Positions 27,040-32,000 of a stretch of DNA of 32,000 nucleotides are shown here, one piece after another. Under the pieces are notes generated by a model. That model was not told the DNA's origin. It was given only the letters and a program-made list of their open reading frames with translations, and searched no databases. The stretch covers positions 840,001 through 872,000 of the forward strand of contig NC_017262.1 in assembly GCF_000175255.2 (NCBI RefSeq), in the 5' to 3' direction. The stretch's first letter is position 1, and each line of letters starts with the position of its first letter. The translations under genes and the position numbers were made by a program. The stretch comes from Zymomonas mobilis subsp. mobilis ATCC 10988 (lineage in GTDB: Bacteria; Pseudomonadota; Alphaproteobacteria; Sphingomonadales; Sphingomonadaceae).

Positions 27040-27098
27040 TTTTGCTTTGAAACTACCCGAGACCGACGCGCTTACTAAAAGGTAAGGATAAAAATACC

Positions 27099-28412
27099 AT
27101 GTTGAATTGGTTTTCTACCCAAGCCCCTATCAAGACGAAATTTCAGGTTATCGTTTTAGGGCATCTTGTTATCTCCCTGTTGATGGCGCTTGCTATCTTG
27201 GGCAGTTTCTTCATTTTATCCAGCAATCCAGCCGCTATTTTTTCAGCCGTTGCCGGCATTTTGTTGAGTGTTGTTTTTTCCTATACGACCGGAAAAGCGA
27301 TCAGCGAACCTTATGTCCAAACGGTTGTCCGGATGGAAGAACTGGCGGCAGGCGATCTCAATAGCCCGATTCTCTTCCGCAATAACAAAGATTGTGTTGG
27401 CCGGATCACTCGCGCAATGGATGTTTTCCGCAACAACGCAATTAACCTCCAAGAAGTCACTAAAGGCCAAAGCGTTGTAACCGATACCTTGGCAGAAAGA
27501 TTGAACGGTCTTGCCCAAGGTGACTTGGCTTCTCGTATTACAGTCGCTTTTCCGTCTATCTATGAAACGTTGCGCCATAACTATAATGCAGCCTTAGATT
27601 CTCTTGCTGAAATAACCCGAACGGTTGCAGAATCCAGCAACAGCATTAACACCAGTGCGCGTGAAATTAGTGATGCTTCTCATGATCTGGCTCAGCGGAC
27701 AGAACAGCATGCCGCCAGTATCGAAGAAACGTCGCGGACGATGGATGATGTCACGAAAGGCATCAACGAAACGGCTTCTAGTGCAGCTCATGTCAACAAG
27801 CTGATGACCGAAATCAATCATGATGCTGAACAGGGTGGCGTTGTTATCAAAAATACAACCGATGCCATGGGTGGGATTGAAAAACAGGCAAATGAAATTG
27901 CTTCCATTATTGGCTTGATCGATGGCATTTCATTCCAGACCAATCTTCTTGCCTTGAATGCTGGTGTCGAAGCCGCGAGAGCAGGCGATGCCGGAAAGGG
28001 CTTCTCTGTTGTCGCAGCCGAAGTTCGGGCATTGGCACAGCGCTCTGCCGACGCAGCGAATAATGTTAAAGGCCTCATTACCACCAACGCCAAACAGATC
28101 ACCGAAGGGGTTCATCTGGTCATGGAAGCGGGTGATTTGCTGGGTCGCATTATTTCTCGTATTTCGGAAATCACCCAATCTATTCGGAATATTTCAGAAG
28201 CCGCCCATGCTCAATCCGAACGCTTACAACAAATCAATATTGCGATTGGGGAAATGGATTCTGTTACGCAACAAAACGCGGCCATGGTGGAAGAGGCTAC
28301 CGCTGCTGCCCGTAGTCTTGCCGAAGAATCCGACAATCTTTCCGGCCAAGTGGCTCGTTTCAATCTGGACAAGGCTAAATCAACAGGCGCAAAACAATTG
28401 AGCCATGCGTAA
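27099..28412 (+). CDS. Methyl-accepting chemotaxis protein with a TM hairpin and no real periplasmic domain
   Basis: Highly conserved signalling hairpin EIASIIGLIDGISFQTNLLALNAGVEAARAGDAGKGFSVVAAEVRALAQRSA. Two N-terminal TM helices are separated only by SSNPAA, followed by HAMP-like segments. An AAGGTAAGGA RBS is present. Confidence 0.95.
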   Translation: MLNWFSTQAPIKTKFQVIVLGHLVISLLMALAILGSFFILSSNPAAIFSAVAGILLSVVFSYTTGKAISEPYVQTVVRMEELAAGDLNSPILFRNNKDCVGRITRAMDVFRNNAINLQEVTKGQSVVTDTLAERLNGLAQGDLASRITVAFPSIYETLRHNYNAALDSLAEITRTVAESSNSINTSAREISDASHDLAQRTEQHAASIEETSRTMDDVTKGINETASSAAHVNKLMTEINHDAEQGGVVIKNTTDAMGGIEKQANEIASIIGLIDGISFQTNLLALNAGVEAARAGDAGKGFSVVAAEVRALAQRSADAANNVKGLITTNAKQITEGVHLVMEAGDLLGRIISRISEITQSIRNISEAAHAQSERLQQINIAIGEMDSVTQQNAAMVEEATAAARSLAEESDNLSGQVARFNLDKAKSTGAKQLSHA

Positions 28413-28585
28413 TTCAGAAAGCTATATTTAACCGGATAGGGGGGCTTTTCTTTCTGTCTATCTGGCAAAACGGACGGAAGGTTTCTGGTTTTTTTAAATA
28501 AAATTTAAACCATTATTGCCGTAATATTTAACAACATTCCGTCTTCTGTTATTTCCGGATAGACCGAAAGTGTAAGGAAGAAGAA

Positions 28586-28855
28586 ATGCAAGCATTGCCT
28601 ACAAAGCTTGATACAGCACAGGCGCTTTCTCTCGCAACAGAGATTAAAGCCGATTTGGAGCAAAATAGATGGGTTCACCTCAATGGTAAATCCGTCGAAA
28701 TGGTAGGACAGGCTTGTCTGCAAATTCTTCTGGCCGCCCGTCTCACTGCAGAAAAGGCAAAACTGCCTTTTCTAATCGAAGACCCTAGCGAAGCTCTTCG
28801 CTATGGTGCCCGCCTTTTGGGCATCGAATCCCTGCTTTTCGTTCCATTAACCTGA
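28586..28855 (+). CDS. Small STAS-domain protein (CheS-like, as found in alphaproteobacterial che operons)
   Basis: 89 aa. The pattern LPTKLDTAQALSLATEIKADLEQNRWVHLNGKSVEMVGQACLQILLAA fits an anti-sigma-antagonist/STAS fold. Its position between the MCP gene and cheA mirrors the Sinorhizobium cheS (orf2) locus. The CheS equivalence is inference. Confidence 0.6.
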   Translation: MQALPTKLDTAQALSLATEIKADLEQNRWVHLNGKSVEMVGQACLQILLAARLTAEKAKLPFLIEDPSEALRYGARLLGIESLLFVPLT

Positions 28856-28865
28856 GGATGAGACC

Positions 28866-31196
28866 GTGAGTTTCGACGAAATTCAAAATATTTTCTTTCA
28901 GGAATGCGAGGAAGGCCTCGCTAATATGGAAGCCTGTTTCTCACTCTGCCGCGATGGCGTGCAGGATGACGAAACCATCAACACTATTTTTCGGGCTGTC
29001 CATTCGATCAAGGGGGGTGCTGGGGCTTTCGGTTTTGAACAGCTACGTAGCTTCGCCCATCATTATGAAACGCTGCTTGATAAATTACGAAATGGCGTTC
29101 TCACTCTAACACCTGATTTGCTATCAACCTTGATGGCGGCATTTGATATGCTTAGCGACCACGTCGCCGCTGCCAGCGGTGAACGGGATATGCCGGATGA
29201 TTCCGGTATTATGGATCGCTTAACCGCTGCCATGGAAGAAGGGGGTGGTGAACCACCAAGCTCGGCTGCCGAAGCTCCGGCTGAAACCCCGCCCGAGCCA
29301 GAAGCCCCAGCGGAAGAAGACAGCGTTCCTGATATTGACGGCGATTTCGACTTTGACGATCTCTTAACGTCACTGGACGCACCGGCTGAAACAGAAGACA
29401 AAAAAGAACCCGAAGCGGCGACACCCGTTGAAGAAGAAAAAATAGAAGAAAGCGACGAAGAGGATAACGCACCCAAGTCATGGCTTTTGTGGTTTAAACC
29501 AGATCGCCATGCTCTTGATAATGGCAGCGATCCTTTATTACTGTTGCGCGAATTGGATTCCTTAGGTGCCGAGATAGTCGCTACCGATTATCAGGAATTA
29601 CCTACACTTGAAGACATCAACCCCGAAATATCCTATCTTGGTTGGTGGGTCAGATTACCCGCGGATGTTGAAGAAGAAGATATCCGCTCTGTTTTTGAAT
29701 TTGTTGGCGACATTTCCGAAGTAGTTCTTATCCGCAAAGGCGATAAGAATCAAAAAATGCCGCCACTGCCTGAAAAGGCAGCGTTAAAGCCGGTAACCGA
29801 TCAATCGGAAAAAGAGGCTCTTGCCAAAATCGAGGGACCGAAAGGCGACAAAGAAACGACCAAAGCTGCAGAAAAACCAGCAGCCAAAACGCCGCCAGCC
29901 TCTAAACCGACAGCAAAGGTAGAAGCCGCTAAAAAACCGGCTGCACCCGCTCCCTCGGCAGCGCCAACGAAGGCACCACCTCAGCCGCCGCGCTCGGCGG
30001 CTCCGGCAATGGCGCAAACAATCCGCGTTGACCTCGACAAGCTAGATCGTCTCGTCAATCTTGTCGGTGAATTGGTCATTACGCAGGCGATGCTTGCCCA
30101 ACGTTTGACGGATCAAGGTCTCTCCGGCTCTTCCGAATTAACCGACCTCGATCATCTGACCCGCGAATTGCAAGATAGTGCCATGTCCATCCGCGCCCAA
30201 CCGATGAAAACGGTTTTCAGTCGAGTGCCGCGTATCATCCGTGAATTGGAAGGCGAAACAGGTAAAAAAGTCCGTCTTGATGTGATCGGGGAAATGACCG
30301 AAGTTGATAAAACGGTTGTCGAACGCATCGGCGAACCACTGACCCATTTAATCAGAAACGCGGTCGATCACGGTCTGGAAACGCCTGAAGAACGGGTCGC
30401 CGCTGGAAAGCCGCAAGAAGGCGTTGTCACCTTGGCCGCCGAACACCGCTCTGGCCGGATTATCATCCGTATTTCGGATGATGGTAAGGGGATGAACCGG
30501 GCGCGTATTTTAGAAAAAGCAATCGAAAAAGGCATCGTCTCTCCCGATCAAACCTTGTCGGATGATGATATTGACAATCTGATTTTTGCCCCGGGATTTT
30601 CGACGGCGGCGAAAGTCACCAATGTCTCCGGTCGTGGTGTCGGTATGGATGTGGTTCGCAAAAATGTTCAGGCCTTGGGCGGACGCATTAGTATCAATTC
30701 TCGTCCGGGATTCGGATCGACCTTTACCTTAAGCCTTCCTCTCACCTTGGCGGTTTTGGATGGCATGATTGTCCAGGTCGGTGACCAGACCTTTGTTATT
30801 CCGCTCGGCCATATTGTCGAAAGTCTGCAACCGAATGAAGGCGAAATCAGCGGCATCGGCACAACAGAAAAACTCTTAAATGTCCGCGGTGCCTATGTCC
30901 CCATCCAGTCTATTGGGCGGGAATTATCGGTTGAAAATGCAGAATTAGATCCCTTCAAATCGGTTCTGATCGTGGTCGAATCCGATGGCGGTCAAGCCGT
31001 TCTGATGGTGGATCAAATCCTTGATCAACGGCAAGTCGTCGTCAAAAGCCTCGAGGCCAATTATCAGGCGATTGCCGGTCTGGCCGGTGCCACAATATTG
31101 GGTGATGGACGGGTCGCTTTAATTCTGGATGTCGATAGCTTGGTCGCCCGTTGGCGGCATGATCTCCATTCATCTTCTATCGGGATGGCTGCGTGA
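28866..31196 (+). CDS. cheA: Chemotaxis histidine kinase CheA
   Basis: GTG start with a GAGGA RBS. Hpt motif AVHSIKGGAGAFG. Dimerisation domain TIRVDLDKLDRLVNLVGELVI. HATPase boxes HLIRNAVDHG, DDGKGM, GRGVGMD and GFGSTFTL. C-terminal CheW-like domain ending ILGDGRVALILDV. Confidence 0.95.
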   Translation: MSFDEIQNIFFQECEEGLANMEACFSLCRDGVQDDETINTIFRAVHSIKGGAGAFGFEQLRSFAHHYETLLDKLRNGVLTLTPDLLSTLMAAFDMLSDHVAAASGERDMPDDSGIMDRLTAAMEEGGGEPPSSAAEAPAETPPEPEAPAEEDSVPDIDGDFDFDDLLTSLDAPAETEDKKEPEAATPVEEEKIEESDEEDNAPKSWLLWFKPDRHALDNGSDPLLLLRELDSLGAEIVATDYQELPTLEDINPEISYLGWWVRLPADVEEEDIRSVFEFVGDISEVVLIRKGDKNQKMPPLPEKAALKPVTDQSEKEALAKIEGPKGDKETTKAAEKPAAKTPPASKPTAKVEAAKKPAAPAPSAAPTKAPPQPPRSAAPAMAQTIRVDLDKLDRLVNLVGELVITQAMLAQRLTDQGLSGSSELTDLDHLTRELQDSAMSIRAQPMKTVFSRVPRIIRELEGETGKKVRLDVIGEMTEVDKTVVERIGEPLTHLIRNAVDHGLETPEERVAAGKPQEGVVTLAAEHRSGRIIIRISDDGKGMNRARILEKAIEKGIVSPDQTLSDDDIDNLIFAPGFSTAAKVTNVSGRGVGMDVVRKNVQALGGRISINSRPGFGSTFTLSLPLTLAVLDGMIVQVGDQTFVIPLGHIVESLQPNEGEISGIGTTEKLLNVRGAYVPIQSIGRELSVENAELDPFKSVLIVVESDGGQAVLMVDQILDQRQVVVKSLEANYQAIAGLAGATILGDGRVALILDVDSLVARWRHDLHSSSIGMAA

Positions 31197-32000
31197 CCCT
31201 CACTACAGACACAAAAAACGCCCTACCTTCAGAAAGACGGGAATTCGAATATACGCTGAAAGATTTCGAGAAAGTCCGCGATCTCGTTTATCAGAATGCC
31301 GGTATTACGTTACAGTCCAGCAAAACCAATCTGGTCTATTCCCGTCTTTCGAAACGCTTGCGTGCCTGCGGGATGCAACGTTTCAAAGACTATCTCACCT
31401 ATCTCGATGAAAACGAGGAAGAAAGAACGCGGGCAGTCACTTCGCTGACCACCAATCACACCAGTTTTTTTCGAGAAAAGCATCATTTCGACCATTTGGT
31501 GAATGAAGTCTGGCCGGCGCTTAAAAAGAAACTGGAATCTGGTGGCCGTGTCCGTATCTGGTCAGCGGGTTGCTCCAGCGGTGAAGAACCTTATACCCTT
31601 GCCATGGCGCTTGCAGGTACCGATCGGAATTTGCCTCGCTGGTTGCTCAAACATGACTTCCGCATTTTGGCATCGGATTTGGCTCCGCATGTGCTGGCAA
31701 CGGCACGCGCTGGCCGTTATCCGAACAGCATTGCAGAATCCATTCCAGCCAGCCTTCGCAATCTCTGGATGACAGCCGATGGCGACTCCATGGTTGTTAA
31801 TCCGATCTGCCAACAACTCATTGCCTTTAGAGAATTGAATCTGCTTGGCACATGGCCAATGCGGCATCAATTTGATGTTATTTTTTGCCGGAATGTCATG
31901 ATTTATTTCGACGAGCCGACAAAAAGCACGCTTTTTCAGAATTTTTCCAAAAAATTAGTAACTGGCGGCTATCTCTATATCGGCCATTCTGAACGCCTTG
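31193..32000 (+). CDS. cheR: Chemotaxis protein methyltransferase CheR. The 3' end runs off the window.
   Basis: Not in the ORF track because it is open at the window end. The GTG at 31193 overlaps the cheA stop (GTGA). My translation gives VTLTTDTKNALPSERREFEYTLKDFEKVRDLVYQNAGITL...LTTNHTSFFREKHHFDHL...RIWSAGCSSGEEPYTLAM...DVIFCRNVMIYFD, the CheR N-terminal and SAM-binding motifs. Confidence 0.9.
   Translation, partial: MTLTTDTKNALPSERREFEYTLKDFEKVRDLVYQNAGITLQSSKTNLVYSRLSKRLRACGMQRFKDYLTYLDENEEERTRAVTSLTTNHTSFFREKHHFDHLVNEVWPALKKKLESGGRVRIWSAGCSSGEEPYTLAMALAGTDRNLPRWLLKHDFRILASDLAPHVLATARAGRYPNSIAESIPASLRNLWMTADGDSMVVNPICQQLIAFRELNLLGTWPMRHQFDVIFCRNVMIYFDEPTKSTLFQNFSKKLVTGGYLYIGHSERL

Noticed and set aside
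29063-29476. Antisense ORFs of 60-137 aa inside well-supported genes. Examples are 29063-29476, 29209-29481 and 29784-30017 in cheA, 10025-10336 in leuD, 4507-4836 in the ABC-F gene, 24683-25042 in the RSH gene and 27818-28102 in the MCP gene.
   Set aside because: They are low-complexity or shadow frames opposite strongly supported genes. They have no RBS and no recognisable motifs, as expected by chance in GC-richer coding DNA.

Overview
This looks like ordinary chromosomal DNA from an alphaproteobacterium. The proteins, the mid-range GC coding sequence and the extremely AT-rich intergenic DNA suggest a Zymomonas/Sphingomonadales-type genome, but that is inference and cannot be verified here. 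I support about 28 protein-coding genes, mostly housekeeping. They are pabA (partial), pabB, a PepSY protein, an ABC-F ATPase, leuC, leuD, a beta-lactamase-fold hydrolase, a PRISE-type SDR paired with an HxlR regulator, an MFS transporter, pgsA, bioB, a RelA/SpoT homolog, and a chemotaxis operon (MCP, CheS-like STAS protein, cheA, partial cheR). I found no rRNA, tRNA, CRISPR array, or hallmark genes of known defence or secretion systems. Several low-GC accessory patches interrupt the core genes: (1) a roughly 1.3 kb nearly gene-free AT-rich tract holding one small membrane ORF (about 1990-3330); (2) a low-GC, translationally coupled GT2 plus multi-pass GT-C-like membrane protein pair (5821-8246), with a divergent SMR gene and a nucleotidyltransferase gene beside it; (3) a block at 19877-24361 with an orphan 254-aa gene, an 849-bp IS5-family (IS427-like) element inserted precisely into an SDR gene, and a two-gene cassette of unknown function. 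No discrete novel multi-gene system can be demonstrated from sequence alone. The best candidates for follow-up are the glycosylation island, the orphan gene and the unknown cassette. All functional calls rest on motifs I recognised by eye in the translations; no database search was run.
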